From assembly GCF_009914755.1 (NCBI RefSeq), contig NC_060925.1: 64,000 nucleotides of DNA; one strand, written 5' to 3'. How positions within the stretch are numbered: the stretch's first letter is position 1; every line of letters starts with the position of its first letter. The position numbers and the translations under genes were made by a program. The notes below the pieces were generated by a model. The model was not told where the DNA came from and did not search any database. It was given only the letters and a program-made list of their open reading frames with translations. This stretch comes from the human T2T-CHM13v2.0 reference genome, Homo sapiens. This document shows, in pieces, positions 1 to 13,769 of the stretch.

Positions 1-1775
1 TCCTTCCTTAATTTGGAGGAAGCAGAGGAAGGAACTTTAGTAGTGGTTGTGCCAAGGATCTTTTGTTTGTCTCCTGGGGACTCCACCCCAGAAAGATGCA
101 GGTCAGCAATTGCTCAGTGCAATCAGTTCAGGATGAAGGGTCTGTGCTGTGGGCCCAAGCTGGGGGGCGTTCCTTGTGTGGTGATGAGCAGGGGTGGTTG
201 GGTGGGACCCATGGGAGACGGACTGGCCTCCTCTCCTTGGGTCGACTACAGCTTGTTGGAGGTGTGCATAAGGCACGTAGGGTCTTTGCTCCTTTATTAG
301 TCTGAGGGTAGCATGGGTAGTTCCACTGCAGGGGCAGTGGCAGAGAGGCTTTCAGTTGCCCTTGGCAGCTCTGTCCAGAGAGTTGCTGACCTGCTACTGG
401 CTTGATAGCCCCAGTGGGTGGTGGGTGGAGGCCCAGGCCTGGAGGATCTGCCTGTGAGGAGATATGGGAATGGGCACCCGTGTAACAGTCTGGCCACTTT
501 TATATAGGGCTGCTGCAGCATGCTGGGGGGTCCATCAAGTCCCTAGTCACCTCAGATTTTCTAGTACGTGGAAGAATCAAAAATGAAGGATGCAAAACAG
601 CAAAGATGGTGGCCTGCCCCTCCCTATAGGAGCTCTGCCCCAGGGAAGTACAGAGCTGTTGCCAGCCTGAAAGCATCAGTAGAAGGCAGCTAGAGACCAT
701 AGTTAGTAGGTCCCACCCAGTGAGGAGAAATGGGATCAGGGACCCACTTAAAAAAAAACAGCCTGGCCATGTTTTTGTAGAGCAGCTGTGCTGTGCTGGG
801 GGCCTGCTCCAGCCCCAAGTTGCCTTGGATTCTCCAAAGCCCAAAGGGTAGAATGACTAATTCCCCCAAACAGCAAAGATAGTGGCATTCCCTTCACTCT
901 GGGAGCTCCATCCCATGGAAGTTTGAGTTCTATCAGAGGTAGCTGGAGACCCTAGTTGGGAGGTCCCACCTGCTGAGGAGGAATGGGATTGGAGACCTGC
1001 TTAAAAAAGCAGTCTGGCCACGTTTTCATGAAATAGCTTTGCTATGCTGGGGTCTGCTTCAGCTCCCGGTCACCTTGGACTCCCCAAAGCCTGAAGGCTA
1101 GATCAGCTAAGTAGCCCAAACAGCAAAGATGGCAGCTCACCCCTCCCCCTGGGATCTCTGTCTCAGGGGGTATAATGCTGTTACTGGTGGCTGGCTGGAG
1201 TTCCAAGCCAGTGGGTCTTACCCTGTAATGTGTTGTGGAAGTGGGGCTTGTTGTCTGTCACTGCTCAGCCCCCTTGATTCAGCCTCTTTTCTGGGGGTAC
1301 CTTGTTGGGGGGATAGTCTAACCTCCCAATTCACTGGAGTTGCAATTGTTTTTGCCAGGAAGCCCAGGTATCTAAGCCTACCAGGTCTCTGCATGTGCCT
1401 CAGTGGCTGCTCTGCCAAGACTCCACGTAGCTCTGTATGTCAGACTGAAGGCCCTGGTGGAGTGAGTTCACGAGGGGATCTCCTGACCCAAGGGTTGCAA
1501 AGATCCTTCTCCGTGGGAGATACATGGGTTCCCTGGGTCACTCATTCACTCACTGCTTCCCTGGGCGAGGGAGGTGCCCCTCATTCCATGTTGCTCCTGG
1601 GTGAGCCATTGTCCTGTCTTGCTTTTCTCCATTCTCTGTGGGTCAAGTTGTTTCCTTGATTAGTCCTAATTCATGTACCTGAATATTTCAGTTGAAGGTG
1701 CAATATTTACTTGCCCCTTCTGTTCCTCTCCATGAGAGTGGCACACACTAGCTGCTTCTAGACGGCCATCTTTGA
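1..1775 (-). mobile_element. L1 5'UTR of an old primate L1 (L1PB/L1PA15-16-like); element continues beyond the window start
   Basis: Reverse complement begins aagatggccgtctagaagcagctagtgtgtg..., with a YY1 motif (cggccatctt at 1763-1772). Internal ~250-270-bp repeated units. Confidence 0.8.
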
Positions 1776-1789
1776 GCTCAACTTTTAAA

Positions 1790-3130
1790 TCCAATCATTT
1801 ACTTGACTGTTCCATTTTGATGTGTTATATGCATCTCAAAGCAAATCTTTTGATTCCTTCCCCCTAAAGCTGATTCTTCCTGTAATCTTTCCCATTTCAT
1901 AAAATGGTCCCACCATTATCCCATAGTTCAAGCCCCAGTCTAGGATTTGTCTTTGATTCCTCTTTATATCCCTTTGCATCTAGCAATTCTTGTCAGTTCA
2001 TCCTCAAATCTAACCACTTCCCATCATCTCCACTGCTATCTCCCATTTCAAGCCATCATTACTTGTGGGCGATGTCAGTGCACACTCATGTCCCTCAGAC
2101 CTTTCCAAGTTGTTCCAGTCAACTTCCCACTGCCAGTACTTACATGTTGGTGCTTGAGGGCTGCTCTCCTCCAATCTTGAAAGGTCACTCTGCCTACCTG
2201 CTATTGGCTGGAAGTGCTGGGGAATTAGTACCCTCAGCCCCCTCTAACAGCAACCTCAATCAAAGACTTTTGGAGTTGGTGTATAAATACCCCAGCTGCC
2301 TTGCCTTTCAGGTGGAACTAGTCTGAGTTGTATTTGGAACCCTTTTTCCAAATTTCTCTGCAGGACTAAGCTCTGGTCACTCACTATAGTAGACGGGTTA
2401 ATAATACACTCTTCATTGCTTGCCTTCCCTTTCCTATAACACTTCCTCCCACTTCTGTCAAGGTGTTTCCTGCAATTCTTAAATACAGTTTGTCTCAGGG
2501 TTTGCTTCTGGGAGAACCCAAACTAAGATGCTAGTTTACTGAAATAGCCTATTATCCCCCTATAAATCTTTTTCTGCACATTAGCCAGACTGAAATTCTA
2601 AAAATGTAAAGTGGATCATATCGCCTCTGCTTGGTTCCCACTCAGCTTAAATTAATATCCCAAATCCCTAATATAGCTCAACATAGTACAGACTCTGGCC
2701 TCATTTCATATCATTCATTCCCTCTTTCATTTCACTGCAGTCACACTCAGTTATTTCCTATATCTTGAACTTACCAACTCGCTCCTGTCTAAGGTCATTT
2801 GTACTTGTTCCTTCTGCCTGGCACATTCGAACTCCAGAACCTCAGGGGTTGAGCTCCCTTTTAAAATTTCAATCCTAGATCAAATATCACCTCCTCTGAT
2901 AAGTCACTCTGTAGCTGAAACCTCCCTCTATTACAACTGTTTGGATTTATCTTGATATCTATGTATTTATTTATTGTTTGCCTTACCCTTCTATAGGACC
3001 CCTGCTATATTATAACAGCAACCTTGTGTGTCTTGTCCTCATTTTGTCCTCAGCACCCAGAACAGCAACAGGTCTTAGCACTTAGCAGTAGATTTATATA
3101 TATATGTTTACTTATTTATTGAATGAATTA
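1790..3130 (+). mobile_element. L2 3' fragment interrupted by an LTR16-like solo LTR
   Basis: L2-type CT-rich text ending ...ttattgaatgaat at about 3125. Confidence 0.7.
2064..2530 (+). mobile_element. LTR16-like ERVL solo LTR
   Basis: Starts with tgt and ends ...ctcagggtttgcttctgggagaacccaaactaagatg, the characteristic LTR16-family 3' end. Confidence 0.65.
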
Positions 3131-3535
3131 ATATAAGGTATAATTATCTTTAATTATGTCAAAGGATTGTATATTAACACTTGTCATTTGCATTATTATA
3201 ATTATTTTATTTGCAACTTATTTAATTGATAACAAAAATAAAATTAAATGATCACTATTAATGAAGAGATTTATCTACAAAATAATTATTGTGTCAGAGA
3301 TGTGCCAGGTACTGTACCAGACGTTAAAGATACAAGATGAAAAAGATATTCTCTGCTCTTTCATGGAGTAACTGGTGATTTAACTGAAAATAGAAAACTG
3401 AAAGAGTAGGTTGTCTTATGTGTTATGACAACAACAACAATGACCGCCCTCTGAGGGTGGTTTTCAGTTTTCCCAAGCACATCCACATCACTACGGTAGT
3501 TGACCCTTATAACGGTGCTGTAGGTGGGCCCATTC

Positions 3536-4266
3536 TTTTTTTTTATTATTATACTTTAAGTTTTAGGGTACATGTGCACAATGTGCAGGTTAGTTACATA
3601 TGTATACATGTGCCATGTTGGCGTGCTGCACCCATTAACTCGTCATTTAACATTAGGTCTATCTCCTAATGCTATCCCTCCCCCCTCCCCCCACCCCACA
3701 ACAGTCCCCGGTGTGTGATGTTCCCCTTCCTGTGTCCATGTGTTCTCATTGTTCATTTCCCACCTATGAGTGAGAACATGCAGTGTTTGGTTTTTTGTCC
3801 TTGTGCTAGTTTGCTGAGAATGATAGTTTCCAGCTTCATCCATGTCCCTACAAAGGACATGAACTCATCATTTTTTATGGCTGCATAGTATTCCATGGTG
3901 TATATGTGCCACATTTTCTTAATCCAGTCTATCATTGATGGGCATTTGGCTTGGTTCCAAGTCTTTGCTATCGTGAATAGTGCCGCAATAAACATACATG
4001 TGCATGTGTCTTTATAGCAGCATGATTTATAATCCTTTGGGTATATACCCAGTAATGGGATGGCTGGGTCAAATGGTATTTCTAGTTCTAGATCCCTGAG
4101 GAATCACCACACTGACTTCAACAATGGTTGAACTAGTTTACAGTCCCACCAACAGTGTCAAAGTGTTCCTATTTCTCCACATCCTCTCCAGCACCTGTTG
4201 TTTCCTGACTTTTTAATGATCGCCATTCTAACTGGTGTGAGATGGTATCTCATTGTGGTTTTGATT
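3536..4266 (-). mobile_element. 5'-truncated young L1PA (about L1PA3/4) inserted into a MIR
   Basis: Poly(T) followed by ttattatactttaagttttagggtacatgtgcac (L1 3'UTR). ORF 3753-3995 is the ORF2p C-terminus (WIKKMWHIYTMEYYAAIKNDEFMSF...). Short TSD attctt; MIR halves on both sides (about 3450-3535 and 4267-4400). Confidence 0.95.
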
Positions 4267-6076
4267 CTTCAAGTGAGGAAACAAAAGCTTAAAGAGGTGA
4301 AGGGTTTTGCCAAAGCTCATGCAGCTTGCAAGAGACAGCAGAGGGACTGTAATGAGATTTGGGGATTTCAGAAGCTTGTGTTCTTTCCACTGCCTCCTAC
4401 AGTGTCTCCTACTCCCCAACAGCCTGGAGACAGAGCAGATGCCCATCACATGCTTGCTGATGGGAGGAAGGATGGTGGGTAACACCATAGAGAACATCCT
4501 CTATGTGGGAGATCCCTGGTTGGCTTGACCAACAGACACTGCCAGCCACTGCTGCTGTTGCTGACAGTCCAGAATTAGTTACTCTGGGAGGCAATGGGAT
4601 TTTTGTAAAGCAAATTTACTATTGGGAATAAATATTTGATGCAGGTGAACACCTGCTAAATAGATATTATGTTTTAATATATTGTTAGCTGAATCCGCCA
4701 AAGAAATACACTGGTTAAATAAATAATATGTATAATCTGCTAATGTGCGTTGGTGCCTAGTGCAGTAAGCCAATCTTAAACTAACATCTATTAAAAGAAT
4801 CAACCTGTTGAAGGCAGAGATATACTCTATGGCAAATTGAGGACAGGGAATTAATAGTTTTCTTCTTAGTTATAAATAATAGATTAATCATTGTTTTACA
4901 AAGTTAAATCCATAATTCTGTATTAGTCTCTCTACCCCCTGCATAGACAAAGTCTTGCCACATGTTTTCCTGGGTTAAGAATGCAGTATTTTTGTGAATC
5001 AAGCAATGTGTACTGCAAGGCAGGGATAAAATGAGGGGAGTGTGGAGGAAAAGCACCAGGGAAGAAGTCAGAGTGAGAGCAGAAAGGGAATCTTGCTTGC
5101 TAATGTGAGAGTTGGAGGTAAGAATGGGCAAGTGGGTTTCATTCTCTTTTTGAGGGATGTGATGCCACAGTGGAAAGCCAGTGTTCCATCCAGAAAGGAG
5201 CCTGGACTGGCAGGTTCCATGCTGCTCTCATGCTTCACCATCACAAACCTCACCTGAAAGAAAAGAAGACCCAGGACTGATCTGGGCGGTATCTTGCTTT
5301 CATTTAATGTTATAAAATATTTACTAAGTAATATAGAATCCAAGTGCCATTGAACTCAGAGGACTGAATCTAGTTCTACCCTCTGGAGTCCAGAGAGGTA
5401 TAGGAATTTTCCTTAAGTCCCACAGAGCCAGGCCTTGAATTGATTTCATCTTCCTGTCACGCTCCTTCTTTCACATCACCTTCTCCCTTGCTTTGCAGCC
5501 CTTGTCTGTTCTCAGCTGTCTTTGTGTAGCATGTGGTCCCAGGGGGGCCAGGGAAAGTCCCCTCCTCAGGTCTGGCTGTAATTGTACGCACTAAGGCAGA
5601 GAAAGAATTGCAGCCTCTCCCACAGAAAACAGCATAAGATGGACAGAGTTTGTTACCCGGCACGATGTTGGAGCATTCCATTCCTATACTGCCAAGTGTT
5701 GAGCTCTTCTGTTTTTTTTGTCCATAAGCCTTAATTTCTCAAAAGGGACTCTCTTATCAATACTTGGGGATGTAGTAACTCACTGTCACCAAAACTTAGA
5801 AATGAGAGAAATAAGAATGCCCTCCAAAAGGCTAACTGGTGGAATCAGCACGCCATGCCACCAGGCACACCATGTTTCCCATGGGAGTACAAAGCCAAGG
5901 ATCCCTCTGCCGCTCCCTTTCCATCCTCACCTCTCCTTGCTCCAGCCTCACCGAAAATCTTTGATTTTGCCCTCCCTGTCTGGGACATGGTCCTTCCTCT
6001 GCTGAGATACTCCCACACTCCTTCTTGCACCTGCTCCCATTTTGACTTCCTGACCCCTTTTCTTGATTGTGTCCCA

Positions 6077-7450
6077 TGTGGCTCTGCAATGGAAACTGTG
6101 GTTCTCTGCCTAGATGTCCTCCTTAGGGTCAGCACACTCATTCCCTGCTGCTGGTAATGTCAACACCTGCTGAAGCTGTCACTGAGATTTGTGCTAGGTT
6201 GCTGGGAACTGCCTCCCTAACGTCCTGTCCCTCCACAGAGGGTGGCCCACAACCCATGACTGGTTGACTTGGGGGTCCAAAGGCTCAGTGGCCTTGCCTC
6301 AGCAGGGTCTCTGCAGAGCCATCAGCTCCAGAGCTCTCTATAGGCTTTGCAGGAGCCTTGGTTTTAGCCTCATTGTGGACCAGCTTCTCCCTGCCTTGTC
6401 CCACCTTCTTCAATTTCTTACTGGTGTATCTCCTGGAAAAATCTCCATTCAATTTTCTGTACACATTTCTCCATCTTAGTGTGTTTCCTAGAAAGCCAAG
6501 TTAAGGTGATTGTACCAGGAGTGGCCCTGGGAGAAAGACTCTAAAATAGAATCTTGGTGATCCACTTATCAGACTTATCAGTCCTCTGTCAATGAGGTCC
6601 TCAACACTGGTGGTAGGTGGAGTAAGGAGAGCTCCTGGTGTGTGTAGCAGTGCAATTGTTAAGACTGAGATAGGATGCTAGTAAAAGTAGATGCACTGGC
6701 TTATGCAATACCTTGGGCACTGTAGAAGTTTGAGGCAAATGGTGACTGTGGAATTGGGTGACAGCCACTGAATGCCACTGATCCATTGAAGAGAGATTAT
6801 GTCAGGGTCAGAATGGGATTAATCACCAATTCTAGGCAAAATCTGAAAGCCAGAGGACCTCCTTGGCAGCATTTAAGGAAACTCTAATTCCTTGCAGTAG
6901 GGTCACAAAGAATGGAAAATCAGTCCTGGCACTAAATTGTAGGGATAGCTGCTTCAGAGAAAGGTGAATTCTGGCCCTGGTAGGAGTCTTATACCAAAGT
7001 CAGGGTCTTAATAGAGTACGAGTGGGAACTTCAGACTTGGGATGGGGATGTCTGAATAGACGCAGTTGAGACCCCTGAATGTAGACTTCTCTGAAGTCAC
7101 TGGGCCTACAGATGTGGCCCACTCCCCCTTGTTACCAGATTCTGATCATATGGAGGCTTCCATTAAGGAGAGTGTCTTATGAAATGATGTTTGCTCCCTC
7201 AGAATCTACCTCTGTATACTCTGCTAGCAATCAGACCAATAAGGGCCACATCCCAGCACAGCTTGATGGAATGAGCAGGGCCTGCTGAGAAGGAGAGGGA
7301 CTGTATGCTGCAGGAGTTGGCTATAATGCACCCAGGAATGTGATGGATCAGAAAATAAGTTGGTTAAAGATGTGTTTATTTAGATGTGGGAGCCCTCTGA
7401 GGGCTGTCTCAATTTTAGTGTGCCCTGTTGGATTGACTGAGGCCTCAGCT
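6077..7450 (+). mobile_element. Ancient ERVL provirus remnant: LTR33/LTR16-like LTR (about 6077-6509) plus ERV3-16A3-like internal gag region
   Basis: LTR end followed by ttgtaccaggagtgg (ERVL PBS-like). 6996-7055 translates KVRVLIEYEWELQTWDGDV*, resembling the ERVL Gag motif KVRALIGKEWDPxTWxGDVW. Confidence 0.7.
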
Positions 7451-7600
7451 GCAAGTGCATTGCTGGCCAGCTTCTTTGTTTGCCCAATCTGCCTTTCTGA
7501 CTTCTTCATAGGCCCTTCAACCCTCTGTAGGCTACTTTCAAAACAACTTTCTAATGTTCCTCTTCCCTGCAGTCTGTTTCCAGATACTCTCCTGTGTGCT

Positions 7601-7995
7601 TGTTATGAACTGAATTGTGTCCCCTCAAAATTAATGTGTTGAAACCCTAGTCTCCAGTGTGACTATGTTTGGAGATAGGGTGTTTTTTATGGAGGTAAAT
7701 ATGGTTAAGTGAGGTCATAAAGATGAGGCTCTAATTCTATAGGGATTTGTGTTCTTGGAAGAAGAAGAAGAAGTAACACAGAGCTCTTTTTCCATGAACG
7801 CAGAGAAAAGGTTATATGAGGACACAGAGAGAAAGTATCATATGCAAGCCAGAAAGACCAGCCTCACCAGAAACCAACCCTGTTGGTACCTTGATCTTAG
7901 ATTCCTAGCCTCCAAAATTGTGAGAAATAAATTTCTGTTGTTAAAGCCACCTACTCTGTGGCATTTTGTTATGGCAGCCCCAGCAGACTAATACA
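7601..7995 (+). mobile_element. MaLR solo LTR (MLT1A/B-like)
   Basis: tgttatgaactgaattgtgtcccc...ggcagccccagcagactaataca, with a perfect 5-bp TSD GTGCT (7596-7600, 7996-8000). Confidence 0.9.
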
Positions 7996-8243
7996 GTGCT
8001 CCTAGTTCCATTCTGTACTTCATGTGTTGTAGCACTTGCCATCATACTTCTTTACTCTTCTGATTTGAACTTTGGAACATAGTAGCTGCTCAGTTAGTAA
8101 TTGTTGAGTGAATGGTGAATGAATGTGACTTAAAGACACAGAATGGTTCTCAGGTCAGAGTAAAATATGATGGAAATAATGACTATATCTAAATACAGAA
8201 GGGGGCTGGTCAGCCCCAGAATAACAATAAAAAGCCTATCTTA

Positions 8244-8540
8244 GGCTGGGTGCAGTGGTTCATACCTGTAATCCCAGCACTTTGGGAGGCTGAGGCAGGT
8301 GGATCACTTGAAATCAGGAGTTTGAGACCAGCCTGGCCATGATGGCAAAACCCTGTCTCTACCAAAAATACAAAAATTCGCTGGGTGTGGTGGTACATGC
8401 CTGTAGTCCCAGCTACTTAGGAGGCTGAGGCACGAAAATTGCTTGAACGTAGGAGGCAGAGGTTGCAGTGAGACAAGGTTACACAACTGCACTTCGGCCT
8501 AGGTGACAGAGTGAGACTCTATCTCAAAAAAAAAAAAAAA
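8244..8540 (+). mobile_element. AluS element
   Basis: ggctgggtgcagtgg...; dimeric with middle A-rich linker and poly(A) tail. Confidence 0.95.
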
Positions 8541-8674
8541 GTAAATTTTAGAACAGTGCCCATCCAAGTAGCATTCAGAAGAGAGGTGTTTTAGCCATGA
8601 AAGTTTGGTTATTTTGGTCCCATGATCATGGCCATGTTTAAAGTGAAAATGTGAGGAAGAGTTGTAGCCAGTAG

Positions 8675-8988
<314 letters not shown>

Positions 8989-9830
8989 GATTTTCAGCAT
9001 TTTCAGTCATATGGGTAAGACCGTGCTGTGGAGGCAAGTGCCCCAGAGGCTGCCTTAGCCTGCTGCCATTGTACATTTGATCTACCTGCCATCCTCCCCT
9101 TATCCTGCTTGAAGACTCTCCAGATAACACCAGCTGGGGTTTGGTTTCTCACATAGGCTTGTTGACAGGTGATGAGAACTGGAGTATTCAAGTCCATGGA
9201 ACAGGTATAATTTCCTCTTGTAAGTGAATTAATTTTAATTCTGATTTTGTACATCAGTCCTGCTTTATGTGAGCCTGACCCTGAGAGATGCAACTGCTGT
9301 CACTGTGCTGACAAGTCACGTTTCTGACCCTACAAGACCCAGGGCCAGAGAGTGGATTGTAGGTGAATTCACTAAAGTAATGATGCATCCTCCCTCTCCT
9401 CCCCATGTTGACTACAGGGATCCTGTCAGCTTTTTTTCCAGGGCACGTCCTGACCTCATCATGTGCTGAGAATCTATTCTCTACTTTGGGATTTTTGTGA
9501 ACAGTAGGGCTAGTACTGGGCGGTCAACTTCTTTTTTACTTCTAATATTAACTATTACCTGATGCTGGGCACATAGTCATTATTCAATGAAGAGGAGATG
9601 AATTAAATGTCCCTGTGGCATAGGGGGACCCTTGGGACAAGACAGTTCTTCCGTCAGGGTGATGAGTGAGGAGGTCTCTGGGGCCTGTGGACTGCAGTGC
9701 GCCCCCTGCAGGATTTCACAGAGGGTCTGGAATGCTTACTGCACTCTCAGGGACCCTTGGAGGGCTCTTCAGGTCTACAGGTGGGATGTGAGCCACAATT
9801 TGAGAAATAGTGGTCAGAACCAAATTTGTT

Positions 9831-9909
9831 TATGACCTGGAATAAAGCTATTTGTATCTTTTAAAAATCTATAACCTGGAATAAAGCTATTTGTATCCTT
9901 TAAAAAATC
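9831..9909. repeat. Two-copy 39-bp tandem duplication
   Basis: tatgacctggaataaagctatttgtatcttttaaaaatc / tataacctggaataaagctatttgtatcctttaaaaaatc. Confidence 0.9.
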
Positions 9910-12239
9910 CTTTTTATCTGTAATGTATATAGGATTTCTCCCATTTTACTCCAGGAGAAACTGGATGGTTCAGCGTACCATCACCATGAACATTCTCAAA
10001 ACATCCTTGATAGCAAGTAACTGTTTTCTACTCTGAGCGTATGGAGAATTCCACATTGTAATCCCCATCCTAGCAGATGGATGGTATTGTGTCACACAGT
10101 TGCAGCAGACTAGTCATATTGATCCAATCAACGTACAGATGTTATAGTTCATGGATTTTAAAATATACATTTTTTCACATTTATCATCTTTGAAACTGGG
10201 ATACAACTTATCATTGATATTTCATAGTTTAAATCAGAAATACGTTTTTTCTTAATATTACACATAATTATGTTTCATATAATTGATGGCATCTTAGATT
10301 AGATAAATAGAATAAAATATTCTATAGCATTCTTGGTTGAGGAGAAGCAACTAGAATGCCTTTTTCTAATTTTTCTCCATTATATATGAAATTTTTTGCA
10401 CTATTGGGAGGAAGATAATTGTCTGAAAGGAAGAAACACCTCCCAAAATAAAGTTAAGAGGAAGACCAGCACTACTCAAGGATATGGGGTGCTGGCATTG
10501 TTGCTGCCCCTCCACTGGCCAAGGAATGCCAACACTGTGCTTACCTGGCTGTTCTTCTCTGGGTATCACCTTGGATCTTTTCCTCCCTTCTCTCAATTAT
10601 AAAATGTTACCTCTCTTGTCTCCCAGTCCCTCAGAATCAGTCAATCTGAGTGATAATTCTATGAGGATCTTCCATAGCACTGAATCAAAATGACTTCATG
10701 CTTTATCCTTTTCTCTTCCTTTGCCTGTATCTTGTGCATTTTAACAGTGAGTAATTGGAGTCATAATGCCTCAGTCCACAAGAGAAACTTTCACGGTAGA
10801 AATTATGGTATCTGTGACAAGCTGGTTGAAGTCATGTTTTCAGTTTATAGTTCCCTAAAACTCACACTACTTAGTAGGGCAGCTACAATTTTTATACTAC
10901 TTTGCAGTTTACAAAACAGACATTGAAAACATTTTCTTATGAGAGCCTCACTAAAAGTCTCTGAAGAAGGTGAGGCAGACTTTATCACCATTGTTTAGAT
11001 GAAGAAGCAGATGTCTGGAGAAATGAAGCACATTAGTCAGGAAACTCAGTTGATTCATGGAGAAAGCAGGACCACATTCTAGGTATGATTCTGGAGGCAT
11101 TGTTCCTCTTTTTTGGAAAGAGACCCCTGTTTACAACCTCTTCCCTTGCCTAGAAGTAGATGAGCTTCAAAGAAGGTGAAATTATTCAAGACCTGGTAGA
11201 TTGTGTCAGAGGTGTTAGTCTTTTCTCTGGGAGTTCTGAGAAGTCATTGAAAGATTTTTAAGCAGGAGAAAAAGATGAACAGATTATTGTTTGTTTACTT
11301 GTTAAAGATCTATCTGGGTGCAGAGGGGAGAATGAATTGTAGGAAGGTAGGAATGGAAACATTTAGGAGGCTATTGCAGTAGTTTAGGGAAGAAATGGTG
11401 GTGCGTGGTCCAGGAAGATGACAGTGGATGGGAGAGAGATGGAGGAAATTCTGGGATGATGGCAGCTGAAGCATGTATCCTACAGCCTTTTTACCCTAGC
11501 TCAAATCCAACTACCAGCTGAAGGTCTGTGCTCCATAGGAGTCTGGGAGTAGTGCTCAGCCTTCTGGCCAAGATAGGAGCCTTGAGATAAGGGAAAGCCC
11601 TGGAGCAAAACTTAGTTATTGCAGGGAGCTTGAGCCATGGAGATCCATGGCCGACGTGGTCCTAGGAATACCTGTTGGCCACCCTGTTCCTGAAGACCTG
11701 AGGTAAGACTGCAGCATGGTTGGGGTTCTCCTACCCCTGAGAACTGTGGTCTTTATTCTTGAGGAGATAGAGAGCAGAGAGACTTCCTCCAGAGGTTTCA
11801 TCTGGGGAGAGGTAATCTGCCACCTGGGTTGGTCCCTAGGGTCAGAGGCTGTTGTGCTTTTCAATGTTCCCAAATTCATTGCCACTCTTGATCGCTTAAC
11901 CTTGGTCCCAAGAAAGAGCAGAATCAAGAGTTCACAAAGGAGAATTCAGTGCACCGAGGGGTTCTCAATAGCCACAGAGAGCAATGACAGCACTCAGACA
12001 GGTAACTCCTTTGATATGAGACTTGCTGGGGAAAGGGAGGGCAAGAAGAAAAGAAAAGAGGAGAAAAAAAAACATAAGGAAGAATAGTGAGGGTATATCC
12101 TAAAATGGGGATGCTGTGGTAAATCTGCCCTCTGATCGCCAAGGCAGAGGTGTGATCCATGAGAAGGCAGTCTCTCATAGGAGTGTTCTCACAGTGAGGC
12201 ACCGTAGTTATCTTTCCTGAGACATAAAAGGAAAAGTAG

Positions 12240-12445
12240 AACTAGCATCTACTGAGCAACTACTATGCTGGACATGCTCTTTAACACTCATTCTCTCATT
12301 TAATTTTCTTCAATAATCTCATTATATAAGGAAAGCAAAACTCAGAAAGGTTGAGAAAGCTCCCCCAAGATCACACAGTTGGAAAGCAACAGGGTTAAAC
12401 GAATCTGTGCAAATCTGAAGCCCTTGCTTTTCCTGCTGTACCACA
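12240..12445 (-). mobile_element. MIR
   Basis: tactgagcaactactatgctgg...aaggaaagcaaaactcagaaaggttgag...cccaagatcacacag. Confidence 0.7.
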
Positions 12446-13272
12446 GAGCATCTGTACTAGAGGCGGCTGGCAGCAGATTTAGACACTGATCCACATGACT
12501 TTATTTGTATTTTCACTGGGCTTTTGTTATCTCAGGACATTCAAAGATTTACACTCTCTCTTCTATCAGAGTTAAGTACACACTGCCAGCTTGACCTTTC
12601 AATCTGGGCTGCTCTTTGCTTCTCCCAAGTTACCAGCCAGCTCAGATAAAGGGAGAAAAATGAACTATTATTCTTTCTGGAAGTTGAATGGCTGCTTCCC
12701 TCTAAATATCTAGAAAGCCAATCTCCTGTGAATTAAACTCTTTCATCAGCTATTAGCTGGATCCTAAATCATTGATAAGAGGGAAAACCCCTCAATTCAT
12801 TGATTGACATCTTGAGAGTTTATCAACTCTAAATAATAAAAGCAGCAACATCTGAGAAAATGGTCAGCATTTATTCAATCTAAGAGAAGAAGCAGTTCTT
12901 GTTTTCAACTTAGAAAAATACCTCATATTCTCAGAATTAAGTGACATTTCTTCTAACTTTATTTCATATATATATATATATACATACATATATACATAAA
13001 AGCAACACCAACAGCATCTCTTGCATATAAAGCACACTGTATTACGTGCTGAAGACTCAGTAAAGTAGTAGGTTAAATTCTAGATTTCTCAGGATCCTCT
13101 ACATTTTAAATGTTCACTTTGTGGTCCTCCTCAATGCAATTGTTGAAATTTTATCAATTTTTTTTTACATTTTGGAGACTGGTTATTATAGGGATATCCT
13201 TATAGGTCTCCTTAAGGACTTGGTGATTATCGTAGAGTGACTGAGCATGCCTAATGTGCACTAGGCAATTCA

Positions 13273-13609
13273 TTTTTTTTCTTTTTTTTTCTTCTTCTTC
13301 TTTTTTTTTTTTTTGAGAGAGTCTTGCCCTATTGCTCAGGCTGGAGTGCAAACATGATCTCGGCTCACTGCAACCTCTGCCTCCTGAGTTCAAGCAATTC
13401 CAAGTGATTCTCCAGCCTAAGCCTCTTGAGTAGCTGGGACTACAGGCGTGCACCACCATACTTGGATAAGTTTTGTATTTTTATGAGAAATGGGGTTTCA
13501 CCATGTTGGTCAGGCTGGTCTCAAACTCCTGACCTCTAGTGATCCACCCGCCTTGGCCTCCCAAAGTGGAGATTGCTGGGATAACAGGGATGAGCCACTG
13601 CACCCGACC
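13273..13609 (-). mobile_element. AluS element with small internal indels
   Basis: Poly(T)/TTC tail plus Alu body; TSD tgcactaggcaa(t/a)tca at 13257-13272 and 13610-13625. Confidence 0.93.
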
Positions 13610-13769
13610 TGCACTAGGCAAATCAATGAAATTCAGCAAACATTTAGGGAATGATGGTTAGCCATCTGTGTGTTATGCCCCAAAGTTAAAGAGGAAAATG
13701 CTACGTTGCTGCTCTTTGCTTACAGCTCTACAGTGGGCAAACAGATAAAGAAACAAAAGCTGAGCTTGT

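Noticed and set aside
1129-1659. 176-aa plus-strand ORF
   Set aside because: Lies antisense within an old L1 5'UTR; no recognisable protein similarity.
11616-12087. Overlapping 103-aa and 123-aa ORFs in non-repeat-looking DNA
   Set aside because: No recognisable homology or retrocopy hallmarks that I can support.
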